A DNA stretch of 64,000 bases, taken from Thermodesulfobium acidiphilum. GTDB taxonomy: Bacteria; Thermodesulfobiota; Thermodesulfobiia; Thermodesulfobiales; Thermodesulfobiaceae. The position numbers and the translations under genes are program-made. Below, piece by piece: positions 9,958-20,373 of this stretch. Below the pieces are notes generated by a model. The model saw nothing but the letters and a program-made list of their open reading frames with translations. It was not told the origin of the DNA and did not search any database. The DNA is taken from assembly GCF_003057965.1 (NCBI RefSeq), contig NZ_CP020921.1, positions 1,600,916 through 1,664,915 on the forward strand. Direction: 5' to 3'. Position 1 is the first letter of the stretch. Each line of letters starts with the position of its first letter.

Positions 9958-11586
9958 CTACCTTACTTCAAAAGTTTTTGTAGCAATGCCGTTTATTACC
10001 CAGGGTAAATCTATATATTTCTTAAAAATTGGTTCAGGTTTTTCCTGATCCAAAGAAACATGAGAAGAATAAATTTCTACGACTAACTGGTTATTTTTTG
10101 GCTTATTCGTAATAGATTTAACAAGCTCACCAAACGTTTCAACAACCTCTTCCTTCGGTTTATTTGAAGCATTCTCAGAAGCTTTTGTTCTTTGAGAACT
10201 TGACTCATTACTCCCAGTCACAATCATAGTATAACTTCCCTTAGGAAGACTTGGGTCAATTGAAATTTGTTCTTTGTAAAGTTCTTCTCTGTAAGGTCTT
10301 AAAGAAACGTCAAATTTAATAGGTCTGGATTTCTTTACAAAATTTTCCATATTGATTTTATCAATTTGAGCACTCTTTATTTTATTTGACATATTTATTT
10401 TAAAACCAATATATTCAGGGACCACCTTCTTTAAAGGATTGGTTAACAATTTATACAACATTTCGTCTAATTCAAGAACGCTTTTATATGATATGTCATC
10501 AGGATCAGAATACATGTTCTTCCTTTCTATACTAGTTCCATCAGAAAGCCTTAAGGTTATATCAACTGTGCTAGAACCGCCGTGTTGACTTAAAAGTGAA
10601 TCGTCTAAGCATTGTAATACGACTTTGGAAGCGTATTTTAAAAGCATATCCTCACTTTCTGGCAATTGAACAAAAAAACTATGCTCTCCATTTGAATTAA
10701 CGTTTACGTCAATAGTAGTAGTAGGAGGCAAAGTTCCAAGATAAGCCGCTATACCATAAGTTCTATCCTGCACAACTTTCCCTACAGGAGAAATTATAGA
10801 AGCAACTTTGAATGGCAAAACTTGACTTTTTATAGTATAGTACGTATAAGCTGAAGACAAGAAATAATCTACATTACCAGCATCTGTAGCAGGGTGACCA
10901 AAAGCCAAAATCTTATTGCCATCAATTTCAGTAAGAGTTCCTACAGCACCCAACTCTACCGAACCCCTCGCAAACTGAACTGCAATAGAAGCTCCTGGCT
11001 GGGCTGTCCACTCGTGAGATGTTTCAGATGAAACGTCTGAAACTAGAGGCATTTCCTTTTTAAGAAGAGATAGCACTCTCCCAGAGAAGCCTTTTTCATA
11101 ATACAAAACACAAGGTCGTTCAACCAGGACATTGCTTTCTTTCATCGGTACTCTGGAGACTGCAGTATAAATTTTGTTATCTATAATAAGTGGTTTTTCT
11201 AATTTACTTATTGTAGGAGAATTTTCTTCATAATTCCAAAGGGTTCTCATAGCTTCTATTGGTGTAACCAGTCCAATATGTGGATCTGCATTTTGAAATG
11301 TAGCAGAAATAGCGCCTATCAATTTCCCGTCGATATAAACAGGGCTTCCGCTCATACCTTCAGCAATACCACCAGTAGAATCAATAGCTTTCCCCCAAAC
11401 TTTTATTAAATAAGAAGGATATAAACCGGGATTGTTAACTATACCAATTATTTCTACATTAAAAGTTGAAATTTCAGAACCCCTAATGGTAGTCTTTGCG
11501 ATTCCAATATCACCAACCTGAATTGCATTAGCACATGAACCACTCAATAAAAATATTACAATAAAGAACCCAATTAACCTCCTCAA
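9958..11586 (-). CDS. Secreted SpoIVB-like peptidase S55 domain protein
   Basis: Signal peptide; GGIAEGMSGSPVYIDGKLIGAIS; AFGHP. Confidence 0.85.
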   Translation of the reverse strand: MRRLIGFFIVIFLLSGSCANAIQVGDIGIAKTTIRGSEISTFNVEIIGIVNNPGLYPSYLIKVWGKAIDSTGGIAEGMSGSPVYIDGKLIGAISATFQNADPHIGLVTPIEAMRTLWNYEENSPTISKLEKPLIIDNKIYTAVSRVPMKESNVLVERPCVLYYEKGFSGRVLSLLKKEMPLVSDVSSETSHEWTAQPGASIAVQFARGSVELGAVGTLTEIDGNKILAFGHPATDAGNVDYFLSSAYTYYTIKSQVLPFKVASIISPVGKVVQDRTYGIAAYLGTLPPTTTIDVNVNSNGEHSFFVQLPESEDMLLKYASKVVLQCLDDSLLSQHGGSSTVDITLRLSDGTSIERKNMYSDPDDISYKSVLELDEMLYKLLTNPLKKVVPEYIGFKINMSNKIKSAQIDKINMENFVKKSRPIKFDVSLRPYREELYKEQISIDPSLPKGSYTMIVTGSNESSSQRTKASENASNKPKEEVVETFGELVKSITNKPKNNQLVVEIYSSHVSLDQEKPEPIFKKYIDLPWVINGIATKTFEVR

Positions 11587-11879
11587 AATTACCTCCTAAA
11601 AGTTAGTCAACATCATAAGATTTTATTATAACCTAAATATATATTAACTAATCTTAATTTATAAATTAAAAAGTTATAAATAAATTAACTAAAATTTCTG
11701 TAATCAAAAAACTTACAAAAGGTAATATAAAATTCCATTACAAAATACCTGGAATTACCACTACAAAATACTTTATTTTGATGACCCCATAAATTTACTT
11801 ATTCCGACTTTTTTTAGGCTTATTGATAAGTCAGAATAATATCAAAGATAAAAATTATTAATGAAAGGTGGTAATTAAG

Positions 11880-12308
11880 ATGACGAAGAGCAAGAATGTT
11901 TTTGTAGTTCTTAAGGATAGAAAGCAAAATCAGACAAAACTAATCAAAGAAACAAGAGATTATGTCGCAACAAATAACGTCGAGAAGATCTATTTGTTGA
12001 AAATTATAGACAGATCTGAAGACCTTGGCGTATTTAATCCTGAAGCAGAAGAAATTATTGTCACAAGAGCTGAAAACGATATTTCAAAGTTTATAAGTGA
12101 ATTAGGCAAGGTCAATTGTCAGGTAGAAGGAATCATAAAGATTGGTTCATATCAAGACAGAATTGAAGAATTGTCAAAGCAGTTTAACCCAGAAGCAATA
12201 ATAGTCCAAAGCTCCAAGTTAAGCGGCATAAAGAAAATTTTCCTTGGGAACACAGCTTCGGACGTTATAAACAACGCACACTGTCCTGTAATTATTGTCG
12301 GGTCTTAG
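11880..12308 (+). CDS. Universal stress protein
   Basis: C-terminal FLGNTASDVINNAHCPVIIV USP signature; ATG at 11880 after AAGGTGG. Confidence 0.85.
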   Translation: MTKSKNVFVVLKDRKQNQTKLIKETRDYVATNNVEKIYLLKIIDRSEDLGVFNPEAEEIIVTRAENDISKFISELGKVNCQVEGIIKIGSYQDRIEELSKQFNPEAIIVQSSKLSGIKKIFLGNTASDVINNAHCPVIIVGS

Positions 12309-12354
12309 CGGGTTTAAAAATAAATTTATAAATAACTTTCAAGGAGGGAGAAAA

Positions 12355-12597
12355 ATGAAGAGGGAAAATAACAAAAAGATAATACCTCTAATGATATGGG
12401 GTAGTCTTTCACTAGGTTCTTATCTAATGATTTTCTTATTTCAAAATGAGTTGCTGTTTTATTCTACAAGGGGTGGTATATTTTCAATAGTCCCAATACT
12501 CTTTGCATTTTATTTCTCTTTTGTACATGGAGCTTTTGCAAGTTATTTATTACCGTTTATTGGCGTTGAAGCAATAATAAAGAAGGAGGCGCATTAA
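12355..12597 (+). CDS. Small two-TM membrane protein associated with TauE
   Basis: RBS AAGGAGGGAG before ATG 12355; two hydrophobic helices, FSFVHGAFAS. Confidence 0.75.
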   Translation: MKRENNKKIIPLMIWGSLSLGSYLMIFLFQNELLFYSTRGGIFSIVPILFAFYFSFVHGAFASYLLPFIGVEAIIKKEAH

Positions 12598-12598
12598 A

Positions 12599-13678
12599 AT
12601 GGTAGAAAATTCTATGGGAATTTTATCGAACTTTATTACTCTTGACCCAGCAAATATGCTGTTCTTGCTGTTTGTAGGTTTTGTTGGAGGACTGGTTAGC
12701 GGCTTTATAGGTTCTGGTGGTGCATTTGTTCTAACACCTGGAATGATGAGTATTGGAGTGCCAGGAACAATAGCAGTTGCAAGTAACATGTGTCACAAGT
12801 TTCCAAAGGCAATGGTCGGAGCTTACAAGAGATGGAAGTATGGCCAGGTAGATATAAAGTTAGGGCTTATTATGGCAATATCAGCTATACTTGGAGTTCA
12901 AGTAGGCATCCAGATTCAAGAAGCAATATTAAAGACCTGGGGGAATGCAGGATCAAATCTTTACGTAAGCACCATGTTTATAATCGTTTTAACAGTGGTT
13001 GGCTCATATGTATTTAAGGATGCACTAAATATGGCAAAATCAAAGAACACAAAGGAAGAGACTACTGCCCTTGCAAAGAGGATACAAAGCATAAATATAC
13101 CACCAATGATATACTTTGATAAGATTGGGACAAAAATATCCTTCTGGGTTACCTTCCCAATAGGATTTTGTACAGGACTTCTTGCGGCCACAATAGCAGT
13201 AGGAGGCTTCATCGGAGTTCCTGGAATGATCTATATATTGGGCGTAACAAGCACTGTAGGCACAGCAACAGAATTAGTAATAGCATTTGTGATGGGTCTT
13301 GTTGGGTCTGTAAAGTGGGCGATGAGCGGAATGATAGATATTAGATTGACTCTTATAATTCTTGCAGGATCTTTAATAGGAGTGCAAATTGGAGCTGCTG
13401 CTACTACATTTGTAAAGCCATATCTTATAAAGTTTGTAATGGGCTTCATAATGCTCTTAGTTGCTGGTTCAAGAATCCTTGCAGTTCCTCAATATCTAAA
13501 TGAACTAAACATAATCCATCTTGAGAAGCAGGCCTTGAACGCATTAGATCAAACTAGTTTTATGATAATGAGTCTAACGCTTCTTGCTGGAGCAATAATA
13601 ATAGTATTTAGCATGGTAAGAGGAAAAAGAGAATTCAAGAGTGCAAATGCTATTGCACAGGTTAAGGTAAATGATTAA
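12599..13678 (+). CDS. Sulfite exporter TauE/SafE (DUF81) family protein
   Basis: GLVSGFIGSGGAFVLTP and second-repeat AVGGFIGVP; multi-TM. Confidence 0.88.
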   Translation: MVENSMGILSNFITLDPANMLFLLFVGFVGGLVSGFIGSGGAFVLTPGMMSIGVPGTIAVASNMCHKFPKAMVGAYKRWKYGQVDIKLGLIMAISAILGVQVGIQIQEAILKTWGNAGSNLYVSTMFIIVLTVVGSYVFKDALNMAKSKNTKEETTALAKRIQSINIPPMIYFDKIGTKISFWVTFPIGFCTGLLAATIAVGGFIGVPGMIYILGVTSTVGTATELVIAFVMGLVGSVKWAMSGMIDIRLTLIILAGSLIGVQIGAAATTFVKPYLIKFVMGFIMLLVAGSRILAVPQYLNELNIIHLEKQALNALDQTSFMIMSLTLLAGAIIIVFSMVRGKREFKSANAIAQVKVND

Positions 13679-13687
13679 AATAAATAC

Positions 13688-14632
13688 ATGTACAAGAAAT
13701 TATTGGTTGCATATGACGGTTCATTAAGTAGCAAAAGCGCGCTGAAGGAGGCACTGGTAATAAGTGCCTCCTTTGATTCCTATATAACGATCATAAGCGT
13801 ATTTGACTTGCCCACAGAGATATTCGGCATTTCATCACTAGAATCAGAAAAAATAGAATCTGAATTATTTACAATGCTTTTAAATGCTTTTGAACAATCA
13901 AAAGAAGTAAATAAAAAAATAAACGCCTTCTTTGCTACAATTGCTGGAGACAACGCAACTTATACAAATATTGAATCAAACGAAAAAATTCAAATACCCA
14001 AAAAGGTAAATTCACCAGATCACGCAATAATATCCTTTGCAGAGTTTCTAAAACCTGATCTAATATTAATAGGCACGAAAGGATATAACAGAGTAATAAA
14101 TGTTGGAAGCGTAACAATAGGCGTTATTAGAAATGCCCCTTGTGATGTACTAACTATAAAAAATTATAAGGAAGGAAAGTTCGAAGAAAAATATAAAAAT
14201 ATACTTCTTGCATTTGATGGTTCTGAAACTTCAATTAACGCACTAAAAAGAACTATTAGCATAGCAAAAAAGTTTAAATGGGATATTACGGCAATTCACG
14301 TCTATCCTCTTCTTACAGAAATAAACCTCTTTTCAAGCGTTCACACAAAAGAAGTTTTGCTTCAAACTTCAAAACATATTCTAGAAAGAGCAAGAGAAAT
14401 TGCTTACAAAGAAAATTATCCTATTTATACGCACTCGGGGGGATTTGGTGATCCTGCACAATATATTGTTAATTATGCTATAGAAGAAAATTATGATCTG
14501 GTCGTTTTAGGAACACAAAATCCAAATACCGTAAAAAAGGTTCTTATAGGTAGCATTGCATATAGAATTATTTCGGAAGCTGATTTTCCTGTATATTGTA
14601 TTCCCACAAAAAGCTCAAAAAAAGTATTGTAA
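13688..14632 (+). CDS. Tandem universal stress protein
   Basis: Two USP repeats (LVAYDGS...GSV...APCDVL; LLAFDGS...GSIA...FPV). Confidence 0.9.
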   Translation: MYKKLLVAYDGSLSSKSALKEALVISASFDSYITIISVFDLPTEIFGISSLESEKIESELFTMLLNAFEQSKEVNKKINAFFATIAGDNATYTNIESNEKIQIPKKVNSPDHAIISFAEFLKPDLILIGTKGYNRVINVGSVTIGVIRNAPCDVLTIKNYKEGKFEEKYKNILLAFDGSETSINALKRTISIAKKFKWDITAIHVYPLLTEINLFSSVHTKEVLLQTSKHILERAREIAYKENYPIYTHSGGFGDPAQYIVNYAIEENYDLVVLGTQNPNTVKKVLIGSIAYRIISEADFPVYCIPTKSSKKVL

Positions 14633-14639
14633 TTAGGTT

Positions 14640-15605
14640 ATGGACTATAGAGGTACCATAAGAGAAAAATTTTTAAGTTACAAAGACATACTCTTTATGT
14701 TATTTTTCATAGTTTTATTGTTTATCGTTGGTGCTTTTTTTATTATTAACGTTAATTTTTTTCCTAGCCCCTCCTCAAATTTGGATCTAACTAAAAAGTC
14801 TCTTCCTATTTATACTGAAAATGAACCAAACACAATTGGTATAGTCGTATCTTCCACATTACCAATCGAGGAAATTACCTTAATTTACAAACCCCTTATA
14901 ACATATCTTTCAAAGGCAACAAATAAACATATTGTTCTTTTTACAAGAAAGACCTATTCTGAAGCGCTTGATTCTATTCTCGCAGGTGATGCACAAATTG
15001 GCATAATAGGTTCAGGTGCCTTTTATGTTGACAAAAACGAGTTAGATTTGCTCGCAGTACCCATGATAAACAATAAAACATATTACAAATCATATGTAAT
15101 AGCCCAAAAAAACAATATAAAAAATTTGTTTGACTTAAAAGGAAAAACAATTGCATTCACCGATCCACATTCCTTTGCCGGGTATATTGTATTAGAAAAT
15201 TATCTTAAAAAAAATGGTTTAAACCTTAACTTTTTCTCAAAACATTTTTTTACTTTTAGTGTCAGCTCTTCAATTGATGCTTTAAAGGAGGGCCTGGCTG
15301 ATGCGGCTACTATTGACAGCAATACATATGAACAATTAAAAGAAAAAAATCCAGAAATATCAAATACATTACATATAATATGGGAATCTCCAATTGAGAT
15401 TCCAAATCCTCCTGTAATAGTCATAAAAAATATGGATTACAGAACAAAAATTCAATTTCAAAAACTTTTTTTGGATATGGACAACAGCATAGAGGGGAAA
15501 AAGGTTCTCAATATTTTGGGTTACGATAAGTATGTTGAAGTAAATAGTAATTTTTTTGAACCAATTTCGGAATGGCTTGGCAAAAATAATGAAAATAAGT
15601 TTTAA
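14640..15605 (+). CDS. PhnD/PtxB-like (phosphonate-binding fold) substrate-binding protein, membrane anchored
   Basis: N-terminal TM; YKSYVIA, LKGKTIAFTDPHSFAGY, ADAATID, PNPPV. Confidence 0.85.
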   Translation: MDYRGTIREKFLSYKDILFMLFFIVLLFIVGAFFIINVNFFPSPSSNLDLTKKSLPIYTENEPNTIGIVVSSTLPIEEITLIYKPLITYLSKATNKHIVLFTRKTYSEALDSILAGDAQIGIIGSGAFYVDKNELDLLAVPMINNKTYYKSYVIAQKNNIKNLFDLKGKTIAFTDPHSFAGYIVLENYLKKNGLNLNFFSKHFFTFSVSSSIDALKEGLADAATIDSNTYEQLKEKNPEISNTLHIIWESPIEIPNPPVIVIKNMDYRTKIQFQKLFLDMDNSIEGKKVLNILGYDKYVEVNSNFFEPISEWLGKNNENKF

Positions 15606-16995
15606 AATTGCTATATCTGTCATTTTGCCATCTCTTATATGCACGCTCGCGCTTTTACTATTTATGAAATATACTCTAACCCAGAATCTTCTCGAAAATT
15701 TAAATAAAAGAATGCAAACCACTTGTTCAGATATTGAATATTCAATCATAGATAGCATCGCCACAAATAATAGTATCGAAGCCAACAGAATTCTAAAAAA
15801 CATAAAGCAACAAAACAAGGAGATTGTATACATCTATATTCAGAGACCATTTGGCAGAATTCTTGCATCAACATTTGATGACGGTTTCCCAACAGAATTA
15901 CTTAGTCTTAAGAATCCCAACGAAAAATTAGTAAGGATATTCAAGACTAAAGATAATACAATATACGATCTTAATTACCCGCTTTTAGGGGGCAGTTTTG
16001 GAACAATTCATATTGGATATACTCATAACTTAATAAAAGATAGAATCAACAATTTTATTCTTCAATCTCTATTGTTTAGTTTCATAGTGATTGTCATTTC
16101 TTTAATGTTCTTTCTCTTTTTAACCCGATCAATAGTTAGAAATATAAACAAGCTAATTTATCTTACAAAAAGAGTATCAGTTGGAGATTTTGATACAAGA
16201 GTTGATATAAGATCTAAAGATGAATTAGAGCTACTTGCTAAGTCTATGAATTCTATGGCAAACGACTTGAAAATTCATAGAATTGAAAGATTAAAGATGG
16301 AAGAAAGACTTAAGAAGGAAGAAGAAGAGAAGAAAAGGAAAGAACTTTTAAGAAGGGAGATTTCCTCTTTGGAAAAAGAAAGGAAAAGGATTTCTATGGA
16401 AATACACGATGGAGTTATGCAAACTCTAGCTTCAGGACAGATTAACCTCTTTCACGTTATAAATAGCGACAAAATTCCAGAAGATCTCAGAGATCGATTA
16501 AAAATTTCATATAACATTTTTAAGGATGCTACAAATGACCTGAGAAACCTGACAATAAATCTTAGGCCTCGTATATTAGAAGAAGTTGGTCTAAAAAGAT
16601 CTATAGAAACGCTCCTTGAAAGAGCAGAACAAAGCAATAATCTTGATGTAGAATTAATTTATGATATTAGATCAAAACTCCAGGATTACGTTGAATTGTC
16701 TTTGTTCAGGATAATCCAGGAAGCCATAAATAACGTAATAAAACACGCTAACGCTAGCTTCATAAGCGTCATTGTTAAAGAAAATAATGATAGAATAGAA
16801 TTAACAATAGAAGATAATGGTTCAGGATTCGAAATCAATTACGAAGACAAAAAATATACCAACAGTTTTGGTATTATAGATATGAAAGAAAGGGCAGAAA
16901 GCCTTGGGGGAACATTAAACATAGAAAAAAAGGAAGAAGGTGGCACAAAAATTTATGCAAGCATCCCATTCAAAAAAGAAGATTTTAATAGTTGA
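15589..16995 (+). CDS. HAMP sensor histidine kinase (HisKA_3/NarX type)
   Basis: Two TM, HAMP, EIHDGVMQTL H-box, QEAINNVIKHA, DNGSGF. Confidence 0.92.
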   Translation: MKISFKIAISVILPSLICTLALLLFMKYTLTQNLLENLNKRMQTTCSDIEYSIIDSIATNNSIEANRILKNIKQQNKEIVYIYIQRPFGRILASTFDDGFPTELLSLKNPNEKLVRIFKTKDNTIYDLNYPLLGGSFGTIHIGYTHNLIKDRINNFILQSLLFSFIVIVISLMFFLFLTRSIVRNINKLIYLTKRVSVGDFDTRVDIRSKDELELLAKSMNSMANDLKIHRIERLKMEERLKKEEEEKKRKELLRREISSLEKERKRISMEIHDGVMQTLASGQINLFHVINSDKIPEDLRDRLKISYNIFKDATNDLRNLTINLRPRILEEVGLKRSIETLLERAEQSNNLDVELIYDIRSKLQDYVELSLFRIIQEAINNVIKHANASFISVIVKENNDRIELTIEDNGSGFEINYEDKKYTNSFGIIDMKERAESLGGTLNIEKKEEGGTKIYASIPFKKEDFNS

Positions 16996-17650
16996 CGATC
17001 ATGCACTCTTAAGAGAGGGTTTGAAATTTTTGATAAGCCAATCCAAAGAAGATTTTGAAGTTATAGGCGAAACCCCCAGTGCAGTTGAAACCTTGAAATT
17101 AGTAAAAAGGTTAAGACCAGATATCGTAATATTAGATTTGTCTTTATCTGATGGAAGTGGACTTGATATAATCGAACCAATTAAGAAAATTTCTCAAAGC
17201 ACTAAAATTCTTGTTCTAAGCATGTATCAGGATGAGTCTGTGATAGTCCAGGCCTTAAAGGAGGGGGCTTCAGGTTTTATCCCAAAAAGCGAGGTATCGG
17301 AAGAGTGTATTCAGGCATTAAAAATTATTTCAAATAGCGATGATCTCTACGTACCCGCTTCATATTCCAGAGTAGTGTTGAAAGGACTCCTCTCAGATGA
17401 CGGCTCTAAAACTCTTAGTTCAAGAGAAGATCAGGTACTAAGGCTATTAGCGCTAGGGTATAGTGCCAAAGAAATAGCACAAACGCTTCAAATTAGTCCC
17501 AAAACAGTTCAGACCTATAGACAAAGAATAACTACCAAGCTTGATTTGAGAAGAAGATCAGATATTGTAAGATATGCTATTTCAAAGGGACTTCTAAAAG
17601 AGGAAGAAATAAAAGGAATAGTTTTACCAAAAGATGATGAACTAATCTAA
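16955..17650 (+). CDS. NarL/LuxR family response regulator
   Basis: ILIVDDH, LDLSL, LSSRE...GYSAKEIA...TVQTYR HTH. Confidence 0.93.
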   Translation: MQASHSKKKILIVDDHALLREGLKFLISQSKEDFEVIGETPSAVETLKLVKRLRPDIVILDLSLSDGSGLDIIEPIKKISQSTKILVLSMYQDESVIVQALKEGASGFIPKSEVSEECIQALKIISNSDDLYVPASYSRVVLKGLLSDDGSKTLSSREDQVLRLLALGYSAKEIAQTLQISPKTVQTYRQRITTKLDLRRRSDIVRYAISKGLLKEEEIKGIVLPKDDELI

Positions 17651-20370
17651 ATTTTTCTCAGACTTCCCAGAGCACCTTTAAAAACCTTACCTTCATATTT
17701 TGCGAATATTTTCATTTCGAATTTTATGTATTCATCTTTATCATTTCTGATATCAATCTCAAAAACAGCACTTTTTTTATCTCCTTTTAACATCGACATA
17801 AAAAAAAGAGTAAGCTTTTCTTTCTCGGCAGGGGATGAGAAGTCAACAAAAAATTTATTAAGAAAATCTTTTGGGTAAAGGTTAGTATAATTATATATTC
17901 TGTCACTTATAAAACTAAATCTCCCAGAATAGTCAAGTTCAAATATTACTTCATCTATTAGACTAATTATTTCAAAGTATTTTTCTTCAATATTCTTTAC
18001 CAGGTTATAAGCACTCTTTAGCTCGGTAATGTCGTAGCTTAAGCTTATTAGCCCTTGAAGGTTTCTATTCTCATCAAAAATTGGTACCTTTTGAGTAAGA
18101 ACGCTTATAGATTCGCCATTGGGTTTTCTAAGCACCTCCTCCTGAAAATGAACCATACCAAGTCTTACAGTCATTCTGTCTAATTCAAGATTCTTCTCTG
18201 CCTGTTCTTTACCAAATATTTCATAATCAGTGTGACCAATAATCTCTTTTCTATCCTTCCCCAACATTTTAGAAAAATTATTGTTTACAAAAACATATAT
18301 GCCTTCCTTATTTTTGTAATAAATATAACCCGGCAAACTATCAAGAAGGATGTTTAGCTCTCTTTGTTTTTGAATAAAAGCTTCTTCCGAACGTTTCTTT
18401 TCTGTTATATCTCTACAAACAACAAAAATCAATTTCTTAGAATTTTTGTATATAGTATTGGTCTTAATATCAAGGATTTTAATATGGTTTTTTGCATCAA
18501 CTGCTTTGATTTCAAAGGATAGACTTGTTATATTTTCTTTCTGAATTCTTTCAATTAGAGACTTTACATATCCTTTGTCTTCAGGATGTACAAAGTTTAT
18601 TATTTCTTTATTAATTACATCTTCAGGTTTATACCCAAAAGTTCTGTAAAGCTCATTATTTGACTTTATAATCCTATAATCCGAATCAACCACTAATACA
18701 ATGTCATTTATATTGTTAAACAATATATCATAGTCCTCTTCTCTTTCTCTAAGAGAGTTGTGAATTCTCTCCTTTTCTGTAACCTCAGAGATCGTTAGCA
18801 ATATAAAATCTTCTTCTTTAATAGAAACCTTCTTTGCTTTCCCTTCAAATACAATTTTTGCTCCACTTTTTGTACTAATATAAAATTTAAAGGGAAATAT
18901 AGAATCTTTTTCGGTAACTACAATTTTTTCAAACAATAATTTAAACCTTTCTCTCTCACCATTTTCTAAAAAGTTCAAGAAATTTTTGGCCTCAATGTCA
19001 TTAATATCAGAAAATAGCATTGCAATAGAATCGTTTTCAAAAAGTATTTCTCCGTCAGCATCTACAACCAGTATAATATCGCTTGAGTTTTCAAGAAGAA
19101 GTCTAAAATATTTCTCACTCTCAGAAAGCTTCCTGAATTCGCGCCTTTTTTGAATCAAAACAACCACAAGCAAGACGATGATTAATAGCAGCAAGAAAGC
19201 CACTACAGAAAAGTAAAGGATAGCCTTTGAATACCTTTCAAAAAGAGTTTCGTGATGATTTATTATCTTGCTATTGAGAGGTAACTGGCTTCTTTTTATA
19301 TTAAATTTTTTTAAGAAATTTTCGTCAAAGGCATAGTAGTTTGACTCAGAGCTATCCACAATTTTAGAATTCTCCCATCCTGTGCCATTATTAAAAAGAT
19401 ATTGGTAAACTAATTTTCCTACAATTTTGCCCTGATCAAACCCGCTGGTAATCATCCCACCCACTATTCCATTACCCAATTGATAATCAAACATCCCAAA
19501 AATTGGTATGTTTACACGCTTAGAAAGCTCTATTGTAGGAGTAGATCCGATTAAGTCGCTGCCGTATTTATCTATACTGTGAGTTATCAAATCTAGCACA
19601 AGGGTACCACTGGGCTCTGAATTAATTTTATTTATTATCCTTTCCAAATTATTTGAAACAAAATATTCGTTTAGTATGTCCTTGTGAGATACAAAAAAGT
19701 TATCAAATTGTTTTTTAAAATATGCTGCATCATTTGCATCAGCAATACCTAAAATCTTTTTTGTATTCGGAAAAAGCTTTAACATTAGGGAAAGAGTAGA
19801 TTCTAAGTCTTCTTCTTCTTTTACGCCGTAAATTCTATCAGGAACAAATCCTTTTATATCATCACTATAAGTATTTACCCCACAGAAAAATATTGGAGGA
19901 TTACCAAACTGTCCCCTCTCCTGAAGTGCAAAAATAAAAGCAGGGTCATCTGTAGCAATTATTGCATCAAACTTAAATCCTCTGTATTTCTTTATGAAGA
20001 GGTTAGAAAAATCTTCAAAATAGTTCTTTGTGTTAAATCTTTTAACGTCCATGTTTTCAATAAATATTTGAGGGGATGGAGATTTATCGCTTAATTCTTG
20101 TAAAATTCCCTTTTGTTCTTCCACAGCCCAAATATAATCAGGACTATAAGAGTTCAATATTAAAACCTTCTTAGATGATAAACCCTGAGAGTAAGCACGA
20201 AAATTAGACAAAACCATAAGAATAAACAAAAGTAGTAAAAACCATTTAAATATTTCTAGGCAGTGGATTGCCTTTTTACAAAACAAAATCTCACGAATAA
20301 GGCGCAAGAACATCATATCCACCGCTCCATTTCCTTTAGGATAAATAAACATATCATTACATAAACGCAC
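17647..20370 (-). CDS. Membrane sensor: substrate-binding-like periplasmic domain, TM and about four PAS domains, no output domain
   Basis: VLILNSY...W periplasmic pattern; TM at about aa 385-407; PAS repeats (VHPED, RDITEKK, YDITELK); ends GALGSLRKI*. True start may be slightly downstream. Confidence 0.8.
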   Translation of the reverse strand: MRLCNDMFIYPKGNGAVDMMFLRLIREILFCKKAIHCLEIFKWFLLLLFILMVLSNFRAYSQGLSSKKVLILNSYSPDYIWAVEEQKGILQELSDKSPSPQIFIENMDVKRFNTKNYFEDFSNLFIKKYRGFKFDAIIATDDPAFIFALQERGQFGNPPIFFCGVNTYSDDIKGFVPDRIYGVKEEEDLESTLSLMLKLFPNTKKILGIADANDAAYFKKQFDNFFVSHKDILNEYFVSNNLERIINKINSEPSGTLVLDLITHSIDKYGSDLIGSTPTIELSKRVNIPIFGMFDYQLGNGIVGGMITSGFDQGKIVGKLVYQYLFNNGTGWENSKIVDSSESNYYAFDENFLKKFNIKRSQLPLNSKIINHHETLFERYSKAILYFSVVAFLLLLIIVLLVVVLIQKRREFRKLSESEKYFRLLLENSSDIILVVDADGEILFENDSIAMLFSDINDIEAKNFLNFLENGERERFKLLFEKIVVTEKDSIFPFKFYISTKSGAKIVFEGKAKKVSIKEEDFILLTISEVTEKERIHNSLREREEDYDILFNNINDIVLVVDSDYRIIKSNNELYRTFGYKPEDVINKEIINFVHPEDKGYVKSLIERIQKENITSLSFEIKAVDAKNHIKILDIKTNTIYKNSKKLIFVVCRDITEKKRSEEAFIQKQRELNILLDSLPGYIYYKNKEGIYVFVNNNFSKMLGKDRKEIIGHTDYEIFGKEQAEKNLELDRMTVRLGMVHFQEEVLRKPNGESISVLTQKVPIFDENRNLQGLISLSYDITELKSAYNLVKNIEEKYFEIISLIDEVIFELDYSGRFSFISDRIYNYTNLYPKDFLNKFFVDFSSPAEKEKLTLFFMSMLKGDKKSAVFEIDIRNDKDEYIKFEMKIFAKYEGKVFKGALGSLRKI

Positions 20371-20373
20371 TAT

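Noticed and set aside
9958-11586. SpoIVB-like peptidase as evidence of sporulation
   Set aside because: Long secreted S55-domain proteins occur in non-sporulating bacteria, and no sporulation genes are nearby.
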